Part shown: in pieces, positions 30,824 to 43,400 of the stretch
Position numbering within the stretch: the first letter of the stretch is position 1
Layout of the letters: each line of letters begins with the position of its first letter
NCBI GenBank assembly: GCA_977862235.1
Contig: OZ374564.1
Coordinates: 310,001-374,000 of the forward strand
DNA: 64,000 nt
DNA from: Dudresnaya verticillata
Lineage: Eukaryota
Direction: 5' to 3'
Notes under the pieces: generated by a model
What the model saw: the letters and a program-made list of their open reading frames with translations, nothing else
Told to the model about the DNA's origin: nothing
The model's database searches: none
Made by a program: the position numbers and the translations under genes

Positions 30824-31387
30824 CTACTTTGCCGGAAAGTTGAACTGCTTAAAAATCATCGAAGCCGGTGTTTCCTCGTACTTCTGTCCTTGCACTACCA
30901 ATTGATCTCCTGGATAAGCTTCGTCTGAATCTGAAGATTCAGTCCTTGCTCGAGAGGCCGGTTTCACCACTTTGAAGTTTTTGCCCAGTTCCGCTAGCAC
31001 CTGCGACTCCTTTCGTTCTATCGAAGTGTCAGTCGTTGAGTTCATCTTCACCGAAACGTTGGCATCTTCTGCAGAGCTCTTGTTCTCCTTGTCCTCGCCT
31101 TTTCTTGTTATGACAAGAGCACTTCTTTTTGCATTGCAAAGAGCTTGATACCATCGCTCGCACTCAGCAGCCGAGTCTGCGTAGAGCTCCAGTTTGTTTT
31201 TGAACAGCTCGATTGAAATCCTTTGCTTCTTCGAGTTTACAGAAATAGTTGCATCTCTTACGTTCACGCGCCACGTCGGAGCCGTCCCGGACTCGTGATG
31301 ATTGCTTAGCAACGCTCCTTCTAGCCGCATATATCGTTTCACCCGGCTTCCCATACGCTTCCCCTTCTTCCCAAGGTACCCCTCCAT
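30824..31387 (-). CDS. Pleckstrin-homology (PH) domain protein
   Basis: MEGYLGKKG..VKRYMRL beta1/beta2 pattern and terminal helix LYADSAAECERWYQAL. Low-complexity C-terminal tail. Confidence 0.85.
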   Translation of the reverse strand: MEGYLGKKGKRMGSRVKRYMRLEGALLSNHHESGTAPTWRVNVRDATISVNSKKQRISIELFKNKLELYADSAAECERWYQALCNAKRSALVITRKGEDKENKSSAEDANVSVKMNSTTDTSIERKESQVLAELGKNFKVVKPASRARTESSDSDEAYPGDQLVVQGQKYEETPASMIFKQFNFPAK

Positions 31388-31836
31388 TTTGAAGACTCAG
31401 TTGCAAATCAGCTCTCCTCCGGCCGAGTGAAACCCAACGCCAGAGCTATCTTTGGGCTTACCGGATGTGCTCGAAGCACGAATGGGCGTGCGCTGAGGAA
31501 CTCAAGAGACAAATACAAAGAGCAGGGAAATATGGGTTCCTCACAACTGCCCAGGCCTCTCCTGAAGTGTATCCAGGCTGTAGCGCCCTGGCCGAAGACC
31601 AGGCTAGAACGCCAAGGGGAGAGTGGTCAAACCCAAGACCGAAAGCGCACAATGACCGCGGCTTTCGTGTCCCACACGGTCGCGACGACTTCAGCCAAAT
31701 TTGACTCGAGATTGAGGCTCACGAATAGTCCCCTGTTCAAATGCACACGAAATCACAACAACGGACGCGTTCAGCTGAATGCTCTGCAAATCCAAGGAGG
31801 GATAGGCATCAAATCAGCATGCCACTGCAAAGTAAA

Positions 31837-32628
31837 TCATGAAGAATCGCTCTTGGATTTGTGCTTGACAATTGACGCAGCTTCCATGACGCTCAGAAGG
31901 AACAAGTTCCTATTTTTGTCGTCGCACTCTTCTTCAGGCTGCGGCGGTTCAGTGATGAGAGGAAGTTCAGGGTGCACTCCACACAAAACTACTGTTCCTG
32001 CTTCTCCAAACTTCGACCGCAAGGCTGCTACTGGTGCCGCGGTCAGGAACCCGTGTCGTTTCAATACTGGGTCGGCGTATCTGGCAATGATAGTCGTGTC
32101 CTCTGCGACGTCGACATCCCATGCAGGTGCCCCGTTGCAATATATCTTAGCTTCGAACCTTTGTTTTCGCCACTCGCAGTTGAGCCTTTCCACAGTTGCA
32201 CCAGATTTGCTCCCGTAGCAAAACTTTTCTCGCACAGCACCTATGGCTGGGTGTGGAAATAAGGATAACGGTCTCGGCCCGACAACTCGCAGAACTGGAT
32301 CATCCTTTTCGAAGACGCAGTGCGAACTCGCAAAATAAGCTCCCGCACAGATGCCAATATAGCAGCCACCCGCACCAACCACTTCCCGAATCACGCTGAT
32401 GCACTTCGTGTCCAACATCTTCACATATGGAAGATCTGCGCCACCAGGGACAATAAGTACTGTTTGGGTTGGGTCTTGTGCCGTTAGAGCACTGATCATG
32501 CCACTTGCCTTAACAAGGTGAACATTTGTACTCGGATAGAGTAGAACATTCTTCAGCGCGAGGGCCAACCCATCAACACTTTTCTTGCTCGTCCCGATAT
32601 CATTGTAGATGTAAACCTCTCGAAGCAT
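31837..32628 (-). CDS. Stand-alone biotin-protein-ligase N-terminal (BPL_N, class I GATase-like) domain protein
   Basis: Motifs VYIYNDIGT, LIVPGGADLPY, GGCYIGICAGAYFAS, YCNG and VVLCGVHPE. No BPL catalytic domain follows. First ATG at 32628. Confidence 0.85.
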   Translation of the reverse strand: MLREVYIYNDIGTSKKSVDGLALALKNVLLYPSTNVHLVKASGMISALTAQDPTQTVLIVPGGADLPYVKMLDTKCISVIREVVGAGGCYIGICAGAYFASSHCVFEKDDPVLRVVGPRPLSLFPHPAIGAVREKFCYGSKSGATVERLNCEWRKQRFEAKIYCNGAPAWDVDVAEDTTIIARYADPVLKRHGFLTAAPVAALRSKFGEAGTVVLCGVHPELPLITEPPQPEEECDDKNRNLFLLSVMEAASIVKHKSKSDSS

Positions 32629-33194
32629 CCTTCTACAGGTTAAATTGTGGGGCACAGCAACAGCAGTTGAATCCGTCGGTTTGATCGCAACTCGCCTTCT
32701 CTTTCATCCGGTGCTTGACGTACAGGTTGTCTCTTGCAAAGCAAAAGGAAACAGCACCTGCCTATTCAAATGCGCTCTCCTTGAGAGAGTCTCTTGACAA
32801 GCTGGAGTTGAAGCGAATGCAGCTAAGAGATCCAAGCAGAAATCTCTGGAGACCCAGCTCCTAGTGACGAAGTCTTTCAATGCAGCCCCCTACATACCGT
32901 ACATGGCGGCTCACAGCGGCGGTGGCTGGCTGCCTCGCCGGCTGCCGGCCGGACCTGCCTCACGGGCTGGCGCCAGGCAAATCAGGGAACTGGGCCCATA
33001 GGCCAACGCGCGATGCAAAAAAAAAAGACTTCAAAAAAACAGAGAGAGGGCGAGGGCCCAAATCAAGTCATAACGCGTCTGCAACCCCACATCGGCATTC
33101 CTCATTCCTTCCAGTGAGTCAGCTCAACGTCCAGCCGGTGCAAGCGGTGCAAGCAACGAAGACGCTTGGTAACACGAGAGGGTTCTCGCAAAAG

Positions 33195-34011
33195 ATGGAC
33201 GGAAATCTGAAATCCGAGCAACAGCGCGAGGTTGTGGAGAAATATCAGAGACTACGAGAAGAGGTAGACGAGCTCTACACCAAGCTTGGGCAGGTCGACA
33301 GCGACCGCAACGAGCATGAGTAAGTTTGAGTCTTTCATTCTGTTGTCCATTTGAATCGAACAAGACACCGAGAGTGCTGCACATGCGTTTGTTGGCGTCG
33401 CCTAGTGTCTCATGATACTGCCCCTGAATTATGGCGCCTTCACGGCTCATCCGCGCGCTCCCGCTCAGGAGCGAGCACAAATCTCCCGATCGAAACCCCA
33501 AGCATCCAAAGCGCTTCCTTTTCTTGATCACTAACATACTCATCCGCTTTTGTTTCTATTGCAGACTTGTGTTGAAGCAGTTGAGCGGTTTGGAGGGCGA
33601 CAGACGCTGCTGGCAGCAAATTGGTGCCGTGCTAGCCGAAAAGACTGTCGGAGACGTGTTACCGGTTTTGACGATGAATCGTGATCAGGTACGTGCTTGC
33701 TATAGTCAATGCGTTCAACCCCCATATGTGCTACCGAAGCTGAACGTATCTGCTCCACGGTGGGATGGAAGTGCTTTCCTAATGTTGAGCCCGTGACCCC
33801 TGCGTTGAGTCTCAGTACACTTGCTTTCTTGGCTTAATCCGACAGGATGAAAACAAAACTGACATACCATTGCCTTTTACATCTGCACCATGCTTCCAAC
33901 TATCCAAAGTTTACAGACGCCGTAAAGCAGATTTCCGAGGCGATAAGGAAGAAGGATATGGAAATTGCCGAGCTTCAGAGCAAGTATGGCATCAGGGAGG
34001 TGGCGAAATGA
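33195..34011 (+). CDS. PFDN2: Prefoldin subunit 2, 3 exons
   Basis: Exons 33195-33319, 33565-33688 and 33910-34011, with GTAAGT..CTAAC..CAG and GTACGT..CTGAC..AAG introns. Product: ..DRNEHELVLKQL..DRRCWQQIGAVLAEKTVGDVLPVL..KYGIR. Confidence 0.88.
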
Positions 34012-34361
34012 TCCTTTGCCAGGCAGTGCAGGGCGATGCAGCGAAGAAAACATGAGCGTTTGGGTCCCTGTCTAGGGGTGGGCACTACTTCCCGCATCAT
34101 TCGTGAGGCTTTGGACATGGCTTTGGCTTGGGGTTAGGGATGCCATGATATTCTGCTCTGCGGGCGGCAAGGACACTGGTTCAGCCTGTCTTTGATCTAC
34201 ATGAAGCGATTTATCCGTCCAGGAAGCTTGCGCAGAAATTGTTGCTAGGCCCTGCTTGCCGTACAAGTACTTGATCACTTTCTATCGCAGGTCTCTCTTC
34301 ATGTCTGGAAGGCTTTTCATGTCTAGAAGGCTTTCTCAGGAAGTCTTGAGCGGAAAGAAAC

Positions 34362-34492
34362 CACTGGAGTCGAGGACGCATGACGCCGACAGTCACTGGA
34401 CTCGAGGATATACGACACCCACAGCCATACTTGAACTTGAGGACACATGACGTCGACAGCCACCGGGTACGAGGACGCAAGAGGCCTACAGT
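34362..34492. repeat. Degenerate ~32-bp minisatellite, 4 copies
   Basis: Units at 34362, 34394, 34426 and 34461 share CACTGGA.TCGAGGAC.CATGAC..CGACAG. Confidence 0.75.
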
Positions 34493-37400
34493 CCCTCAAC
34501 TAAGTAAACTCGTCCTTTCTGCTCTGTTCTCCTTCATCCATTCTTCAATAACCTGCAAAGCGATAGACGGAGAGCAACTCATGAGTCCCACATTGCGGTC
34601 ATCCTCTGAACAGACAGAAACGCTAGAAATTGGACTCACTGGTATTATCAATTGAAACTTGCAGCGTGCATCTCGTTCAGAAAGCCAGCATGTTCGGGAC
34701 TACGGTCACGTCGTTGAAGACAGCTGTACAGCATTGAAAAGGTTCATAATTGCACGTTGACTTGTATGAGCTTGGCGAAGAGATTCAGGTAGGGACTTCG
34801 CAGCAGGCCACTCACGGTTTAACAGTCAATGCCTTCTTCAAGATTTGAAAGTGCATGCTCGAATTCCTTAGAACTCTGTGCGCTAAAATGCCGTATTAAA
34901 TAGTTCAGCCGAGGGCAATACGTCTACCAACGAACATTAGCAGACAAGCCCACATCAAGAGACAAAAGGGAACTTTGTGCCCCCGCTGTCAACTCAAGCA
35001 TCTCCTACTCGAGGCCTTCTCAAAACTTCGTTATCGGTATTGTTTGCTTCATATATTGGGATACGGGCAAAATATCCAGCAGACACCCCTTATTGTCAGC
35101 ATTCGTTTCTTTCAAGAGTCCAAAGTTCTGTCACGGGTGCGACGGAGCTCAGGGTTGCAGCAGTTGTGCATTAACACGGAACTTACCAGCATCTTAGGCT
35201 AGAGCTGGAGGGCCATTAACCTTAGCCGGTCTCGAAAGTTGCATGCAGTGCGTGGATGATCTGCTATCCTCATGCCTTGTCTCACGATCCGGTATTGTGA
35301 AAAGTATAAAGCACCTAACATGAGCCTGCACAAGTCTCCTATCCACTTGAAAGGAGCCCAAATCAGGTCGAGTAGTGAGACCTGGTACACCTACGGAGCA
35401 TTTGAGGGTGTAAAGCCCGCGGCTTTCGTGCAGCAGAATTACCGCAGGTGACAATGCCGGCATTTTTTGAAGCAAGATAGGGCCCCGATCATTTAACGAT
35501 ACCTACAGTGGCTGCCGGGGAGAAATCGTTCTCCGATAGCTAGGGCTGGGAAGCCGGGGAGAGCCAAGCCGGATTTCCCAACTGGACATGCTCCCCTCCT
35601 TGTCGAAGGGGTTGGGGGAAGCCAACCCAGCAACCATTAATGCACCTTTTCCCTCCAGCGCCCCGCGCCAGTACAGTTAGCTTGTGTACAAGCTTCCATC
35701 AGTGCTTTTTGTGAGTACTCCAGCCGATTTGAGCTCAGAACTCCATTACCTTAACCAGATAGCTAATCTGAGATTGGAAATCATGAGAGCTCCGTTTCAT
35801 CGAGTATCTGGGCTGCCTTGATATCCAGAATTGTATTCAAAGTCTCATTTGCAACGACTTCATATAGACACAAAGCACACATGGGCTATTGACAAGTTCA
35901 CTCCATCTTAGTACCAGAATGCGGTCCGGTTGAGCGGGAATCGCTGTGAGGAGACCGGTCCAGTCTTTGTCCGGTGTACACACCGGTGCGTCATAGGGAA
36001 GCTCTCAAGCTTACAAGTAAAACCGTTAGCACTGCAAACAAAACCCTATTAATGTGGCGACAAATGCGCAAAGAGACCCATTTGCACTCCTGTACTGAAA
36101 TATTCAAGCTTGCGGAGTCATGGACAATTGTACTTTAAAGTACGCACGAAAACGCGTAAGTCAACGTTCCTTTTTGTGTGATCTTTTATCGTCACACGAT
36201 TGGATTCCTAGCTTTTTCTCCTTGTCGTGAAGTGGGGACAGTCATCAAGATCATATAAATCGCTATGGATGGTTTCAAAGTGGGACTAGAGAGATTATCC
36301 AAGGCAGAAAATAGCAAAGACGATCATTATGGGTAACATTCGACTCGTTTGACAGAAAGCCTGTTTGAAGGGGCGAAAATCGAATAGCACGGTACCCCGA
36401 CGAATGTTTGTCGCACGAAGGTTCTACCGATCTGAGGGCCCTACGTTCATAACCGACCTTATCAGTCATTAGGGTCTGTGACAGAGATTCCACAAGCCTC
36501 TGAAAAGAATGGTCCTTGAAGTCAAGTCAGAAGGACGAAGCAAGTTCACGACAGTCTTACTCAAGGAGACTGGTTTTCCCAGATGTTTCTGGAGTAGAAG
36601 CTGCCCACCGACCTTATCCACTAGGACCTTCAGCAGTTGCTCTGAGTATGAGCTCAGAGCTGTTTTGTCCGTCCCGTTCATATGAATTGGATCATTGTCA
36701 ATTTGATCCAGTGCATGTCTTGGCTGTCATACGTTCATGGCCCATGAAACAAGGGCTCTGCTTGTGATTCATGTCTATCCAGCATTGGTGAGAGAAGCAG
36801 GAGCGAATGAGATCATCTCCTGCGTGATATCGCATTTAATTAGCTGTGCTGTGTGTAAAAAGGCTAGATCTGATGATGATTGATATTTAGCTTGCGGTAA
36901 AAAAGACTGAACGATTTGAGGAATTTATGGCAGTTCGAGGGTAAAGCTTCCGTCCGGCTTGAGCAGACTGCAGTCCGGCAAACGTGGGCGAAATTGTGCT
37001 GTAGATGTTGGTGCTGTGACAGCACTGGAATTTCTTCGTCGACGGCGTCGAACAAGGATTGTCCTCCATTGAATGAAGGTCATTGCAGGTTGGACCGGTG
37101 GGGCAAAAGCACAATTCTATCAATTTGGGGTTAAAGAACTGCAACGCAAGTTTCTCTGGTCTGTTTGATGTAATGAGGAGCGCACACTTGTTGTCACAAA
37201 GCAAGGAAATGACACAGGCCGTGCACGGTCAATTCAGTCCGAGAGGTAGTAGTGTCTGTAGATGTAGAGCTGCAGACCACTCGGTTCCCGAGTATTTCCG
37301 ACAGTTAGCACAGTTGTGTGTGGTCAGTGTCAGAGAGAGACCTTTGTGCAGAAGAAGATGACAAGTCTCTGAGAATCTCAGCTGCTGAGAATCTCAGTTC

Positions 37401-40400
37401 ATCGGAAAGGCTAAGGACTTGCAACATCATTGGACAGCATTAGACGACATCAGCAGAAACACTTGTGTGTGCAGAATGTGGTTACGTACGGTACTGCATG
37501 GCGATGCCGGGTATATATAGTACAATTGGGAAGCTTCTTAATGGAAATGATGGTCAGAGCCGGGACGGTGATGGGGATGAGAATTATCTATGCGAGGTAC
37601 ACGTAGTGGGCAGCGTGGTATGTGCTTGGCCACTGTGGCACAGGCATAGAGCACAATGTTGTAGCAGAGGCAGGGTGGTTGATGCGGGAGGACGGGGCTT
37701 GTCTGTGGTTGTGTTCGTGCGAATGTGACAATGGGGACTATAGAGATAATGCCTTACAATAATGTTTGCCGTTTTCTCTCAAGTGTCGATATCATGTTTG
37801 CTTTGCATTTGTCAGCGTTTGTCTCAAAGGGGTTTCACGAATTACAAAGGTAGAAATGCAGTACATTGGCAACATTTGTGGAGGGTTTTGTGGGGGTTTT
37901 GTATTGATTTCAAGGGAAGGCGTGAAGAAGGTTTGGATGGCAAAAGGCTGACGAAAGCAAAACGAAATTGGTGTTGAGTGTGACTTGCACGAAAGGTTGA
38001 GGCACAACAGTTCTTAGGCGAGCAGGAAGGAAATGGCGAAGAGACAAGAGCAGAAGAAAATGAAGAGAGTGGTGGACGACAACATAGTTACTGCGATGGC
38101 TGGGACGACAGGCGCCCCGAGAAAATTTGAAAAGGAAGTGTTCATAGGGATGCAGATACCGTATGAAAGCAGAGTGTGGCAGAAGGCTTGTTCAACATGG
38201 CTGGATTGATTCAAAAGAGAAAGCGAAAGCTAGAGCGTGGTTGTGTACGTATGGTGTTTGGTGTAATATGCAGTGCGAAAGTGGGTTGCATCGTGCAGGG
38301 CGTCAGATTTAGTGATTAGAAGAAAAGGGTGATGAAGAAGTTTTCTCAGCATGTGTGTGTGCATGAGAAATTCTGATGATGACGTTCTCATCGAGAGGTT
38401 TTGCTCGTGGAGGTTGTCTCTTTCTTCTTTCTAAAATTGTGTGCGGACCCTTTTGCCCTTCCGAGGGCTGGCTAGAATGGCAAGAAAGGTAGTGATCAGG
38501 GAAATGGTAATAAACGGACAAGTTCAATACATGGGTGAGTGTGGCATTGCATGGTTGGACAAAGGTGGACTCTTTATGCGGGCGAAGGCCCCGAATGACG
38601 TTTATTTCGGTTAAACGGAAAGAATCGAGCAACCGAAAATGATTTTCTTTCCCTTTGGTACAAGTAGTCAGGTTTGAACGGAATTACAGCTGTTGAGGAG
38701 GAAGAACGGCGTAGAAATAGTGCATTTGTTTTCCGCGGGGGGGGCGGTGTGTGTGTTCTGTTTTAATGGAGACGGCGACGGATCGGTTCAAAAAGGGATG
38801 ACGCGTCGGTGCACAGTCGGGACATACAAAACGCTTTGGATAGGCAAGCGTGGCGGGCGAGGGTGCAAGAGCATGTGTGCAGCTCGCACGAGCTGGACAC
38901 AATTGCAATGGAATGAAATAAATTCGGGCCGCGGTGCCGGGGCCGACAATAACGGGCGATCAGTCTCAAAGGCGCGACGCAGCGGCAGATGTGCCGAGGA
39001 CAATGTAAACAAGCGCGCACGCGCGGCCGCGCCACCTGCTTGGCCGATCACATGCGCGATTTACAGCCGATCAGCGCGCCCGTCCACTGTTGTCACTCGC
39101 ACGCACACACACATTCCGCTTCCCGCCACGGCGCCTTTGCGCGCGGCACGTGTGTGGCCCGCGCCGGCCCCGGCAGCCGGCCCCACTGCTGGCCCGTCGT
39201 TGCTCTTACGGAACAGCGTCGTGCCGGCCGGTGGCGGCCGACGCCAGCACGCACACGGACGGCAACCAACCGTGTAACATGGCTGCAACTTGCAACACGC
39301 GGCGGTCCCGCACGCGGCCTGCATGACCGATACGGAACGGAAACAGCGCTAAAAAATTACGCTGTCGGCCGAACTGAAAGTTGCTTTGCGCAAAACGATT
39401 AGATCGCGCCACGGGCGTCAGGATGCCTCAAAACGGTGCGCTTGTGTGTGCGTTCTTGTGTGCACACATGCACATTCCCCCATCCCCACCGCGCGCGGTA
39501 GGTCTCTGTTCAGTCTCCGGGAGGCAAGTGGACGTTATCGCCTGGCCATGAGGGCGGCCGCGCACTTTCGATAGTGGCGGCAGCGCAGCGCGCAGCTGTC
39601 TCAGCAGTCGAGCATAGGAAGCGTTCGTTTCGAATGACAGGCCACAAAGCGAAACTCGCCGCTCGGCTGTGTCCCCACACGGCCGCGGCACATTTTCGTT
39701 CGGTTTTCAGGCCGCCTTCTTGCGCCGATCCGCGCGCCGTGCGGAAAGAGTGCGTTCCCCGGCGTTGCGGTGTACGTAGGCACACGGCCAACGCACAAAC
39801 GTGGGCTCGCGCCGCGCCGCGCCGCCCCACCGCTTGTTCCCGATCAGACGGCACGGCGGGCGCGCCTCCGCCCCTCTCGTCCCGCAGATCACCGCAACCC
39901 CGTTCGGGCCACTCGTGCACGTGCAGCTTCGCCCCGTCCCGCCCCGACTCGTTCAGTCCAACGCCGCGCGTGCGCCGCGCGCCGCAGTATGACTGGCGAC
40001 TTTGTTTCCTTTTTCCACAGCCTACTGTAGTATTGTTCCTGCGTTTCTGAGCTGTATTCCGCTTTTTTTTGTTCCTCCGTCACAACGAGTCGAAACGCAC
40101 GCAGAATCTTTCCTTTTCGTTTCGACACCCACGTTCCTCTGTATGCTGCAGACCAACGTTGAACACAAAGAAAAGAAAAAAACACGGGACAGAGAGACCC
40201 ACGGTCTGTCACGCCTGGCACGTCAACTAGTGCAGAATCAACTAACAGACCATAACTCGCGACCTGTCCGTCGCAACCCTGCATCTAATAACATTAATGT
40301 GCTGCTTTAGCACGTACATACACACCACAAAATGTCACTCTTTTAGTTTCAAGCTAAAAGTGAAAGGGTATCAATTCATCTTCCCCATCTGCACTTTATC

Positions 40401-43400
40401 CTGTGCAGCCGCCACCCCGAAACGTTTGCACTCTCTGTCGAGACTGTGATCGTGATGTCTCTTGCCTGTTACCACCGCGGTTTCGTTTCCGTCTTGTCGA
40501 TAACCGATTTAGAGTTTTGATTGCCAGCTCCCCTTGCCAGATTCCTCTCACAACTCTCGTGTTTCGCATCCTGGCCCGCTTTGCCCTTACTGAGGGCACG
40601 TCCTATAGCACAACCCCTACTATGCTGCAGCACTCTCTCATAATCGCATCACATAGTCTTTTCTAATCATTTCAAACCGTAGCACATGTTTGCTTTGAAG
40701 CCAGCTTTCGTGTGCCATGAACATGCCCTTGTTCAATCCACTGCGACAACAAAAAAAGAAAAAAAGAGCGTCTTGTGCTGTACAGACCGCGCTAGCGACT
40801 GCATGTACTTTCGTTCCACCCGCTGCATTATACGTTCGCACCGGTCACCCATGCGCCTCGTAATAGAGAGGCGCACCCTCACCCCGCAACACTCCACCAT
40901 ATTCCTCACTGTTGTTGAGAACAACGACAGAAGAGCGAAATCCAAACGGCAAGGAAGCCCTGCCAGATCAACCGGAGCATGTCCAATAGACATATGTGCA
41001 CCATCACAACTCTGTACCTTCTCTCCAACTCCATCGGAATAGTGAAACACTTCCAGCAAATGTTACACTTGCTTCCACAACCCTTTATTTGGCAACGTCA
41101 CTTGTATCCAGCATCACTCTGCTATTTGCTCAATTCTTATTGTGCCTTGCCCTTCGCTCGGACACAAGCCAACGTTCACATTAACCTTAACGGTTATATG
41201 TACAAGCACATATGTACGCTTCTAAATATGTTTTTACGCTTCCTGTCACCTTTCTCGAGTGTGGAACGTCCGCACGCCCCATTTCCATTGCAATCTACCA
41301 ACATCCTGTAATCTCGGCGCACCCCATATTGAAGATACGCGAACAGTAAAGTATATAGTCCTCTCTGCAGCCTGTTAACCACATTTGCACCCGCAAGTGC
41401 ATTATCTCTTGCTTTCTGCTGCTCTCGCTAACAGAACTTACCGTACGTTTTCCCTCTATCACTCAAATAGAAACATTTCTCAAACTTTCTAAACACAGGT
41501 AGTCAATCTTCCATTGAACACCGCGACGGAAGGGGACCCGTTCTGGTTTTTGTCTTTGCGTAAGGTCTTTCTTGTCCAAGTTTTCCGTACACTCTCCCGT
41601 CCTCGTGGTCAATTGTTGCATAAATACTCTCGCTCATCTACTAATGTTTGTTCTGCTGGACAAAAATTTGCGCGCACCGCACTCGCAAGATCAGACAAGT
41701 TCAGAGTCCACAGAGGGGGAAAAATAGTTTTGACAGCACGTGTACCGAAACGTCCATATTGGCAACGCTCATCTTCTACCGCCGTTTTTCTGTGCTCCCC
41801 GTCTGCAAGTGCACACAAGCATTAGCCGAGGCCAAATCTGCGTTCAGGCTTGCAGGCAAGGGCACACCATTCCACTTTCCATATCGCCTTTTGCATATTC
41901 GCTCGCTGTTTCGAACTACTAGCTGGTTCCAGCTCCAAGAAGCCGTATTCGTACTTGGACAGTAGCATTCAGACTGACTGTTTATTCAAAGGATAATGGA
42001 CAATGATGGGTACCATCTCCCGCAAACTTGGGTTCATTTTTAATCCCATAGTGATGTGTTTGCAGAGACACATGTGCAGCCCGACACAAAAAGAACTCTC
42101 TGGGTATGCGAATGTTGCAGTGTCCTGGTAACATGGAATTGGTATTTTCTCATGTCTAATAACAAGAAAACTGGTCTATTGCTTTGTCGGCCTTTTTCAT
42201 TAGTATTTCGTTTGGCGGAAAGTAACAATAACCGGTTTTTATCTTTAGGGTCCTTAACAGCTTGTCTGACTGCCGAATTAAGGCGCATGCCTCTGAAATA
42301 ACATACCCCATTGCTTGCACAGCAAATGTACTAGACCGTCTCAAACGACAATCCATACAGCAGCCTGCGACCCTCTCACGCACAAATGGTTGAACGCCGT
42401 CCACTTTATTATTCTGACATTCCATCCAGAAGAGAAGGCAGTTGCATGTTTAGACCGGCTGTATCTGTATTTCATAGCCAAAGTTTAGATCTTCAGATCT
42501 GGAAATCGGATCCAAAGCGCAAATGCGGTCCAGCTTCTTCTTCGCTTTGGAACGGTAATTTCCGCTGATCTGAATGTTGTTTTCAACAGATACACTGTTT
42601 AGAACTCCTGGTAAGGGTGTAAAACGAACTGCAGCAGGTGCGATGCACTACAGATATCAACGACTGCTGTGACAGCAGTGTTGTCGCGCCACGGGTGCTT
42701 TACTCATTACATCCCAACTGGAAGTTTAGGACTATACATACGGTTGTAGCTTGTCATAGTACTAAAAGTGACCTGCATCGAAAGGATATTGTTAGTGGAT
42801 TTGCTCTGCGAGGGTTAACGGTAGAATCCAGTTCTATTGCACCGACTTAGTAGGTTAGTTGTATAGTAGCATATAACCACAAACTAAAAAGGGGCAGACG
42901 AGACTCAGTTTCTCATGTTGTTCTACGTTCTAGGACTCTGCTGCACGCTAGCAGCTACTCTTTCGACCTGTTTGATTCAGCCCTTCATCCTATTCCTGAC
43001 CATCGTGTACAGATATATTCACAATCAGTGCTGGACACAAACACTTGGCCACTGCTACCCCAAACAGTGGAAATGGGTTTTCGCAGTGGTCATTTTCATA
43101 CTTACCTTGACATAACGGAGAGCTCTCAGAGTAAAGAATGCACTGTGGTTTATATTTATACAGTACAGCTGGAATGAACAGGCCAGCAATTGGTAGTTTT
43201 CTGCATTCTCATATCAGTATTTACCGCCCTGTTGTCAGAGAGAAGTGGCGAGCCTTCCACTCTCTTAAAACTATGGAACTAGTTGTAGGTGTTCACATGT
43301 GAAATGAATGAAGATGGAAAAATTCCATCCTTGAGGAAGAAGGATTTGTTGAGTAGTACTTTAATATACGGCTGACGGTAGAGTGCATACTGTGCGATAT

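Noticed and set aside
34131..34139. GGGTTAGGG as a telomerase-template-like or telomeric seed
   Set aside because: A single 9-mer is easily a chance match, with no supporting structure.
34362..34492. CRISPR-like array
   Set aside because: Units are contiguous and diverged, with no unique spacers and no cas genes, in a eukaryotic context.
41500..42600. Possible decayed transposase on the minus strand
   Set aside because: Stop-riddled frames with no identifiable DDE, reverse transcriptase or integrase motif.
43098..43107. ATACTTACCT matching the U1 snRNA 5' end
   Set aside because: Downstream sequence lacks U1 stem-loop I and a properly placed Sm site.
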